A DNA stretch of 63,437 nt, counting the filler, from Octopus bimaculoides (taxonomy: Eukaryota): the NCBI RefSeq assembly GCF_001194135.2. It is 4 parts of 4 records of this genome, joined end to end, with 100 filler letters (N's around TTAATTAATTAA, not from the genome) between each part and the next. Parts side by side here need not be neighbours in the genome. Positions count along the whole stretch, not along the records: positions 56,158 to 63,437 come from NC_068998.1; 3 more parts are not named here. One strand, 5' to 3'. Position numbers and translations under genes: made by a program. A model generated the notes under the pieces. The model saw only the letters and a list, made by a program, of their open reading frames with translations, made no database searches and was not told the DNA's origin. Below, in pieces: positions 63,427-63,437 of the stretch (position 1 is its first letter; each line of letters starts with the position of its first letter).

Positions 63427-63437
63427 ATAAAAGAAAT

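Overview
Eukaryotic, AT-rich, repeat-saturated draft-assembly DNA with roughly 7 kb of N gaps. Most gaps sit against (TA)n or other microsatellites, and three are artificial 44N-TTAATTAATTAA-44N spacers. The SINE/LINE repertoire and extreme microsatellite density point to an octopod cephalopod (inference from recalled repeat families, not a database search). I found no host protein-coding exon I can support, and no rRNA, true tRNA or CRISPR array; the window looks intronic or intergenic. Nearly all long ORFs in the track are microsatellite or N-run artefacts. Supported content: (i) four tRNA-headed SINE families, labelled here A-D, plus mosaics, several with clear target-site duplications; (ii) decayed LINEs of the RTE, CR1-like and Tx1/L1 types; (iii) transposase relics of mariner, maT/DD37D, rosa/DD41D-like and SPIN/GTF2IRD2-like hAT type; (iv) MITEs of piggyBac (TTAA), Tc1/mariner (TA) and MuDR-like (10-bp TSD) type, plus unclassified foldback elements, many nested in each other. 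The best candidate for an unusual system is at 63233-63268: a Penelope-like terminal repeat containing a complete minimal hammerhead-ribozyme fold (palindromic stem III, GUC site) with a non-canonical core, CCGUUGA instead of CUGANGA. Its activity is untested. Boundaries of decayed repeats are approximate (about +/-10-20 nt) unless a TSD or TIR is quoted. Family assignments come from my recall of conserved motifs, not from computed alignments.
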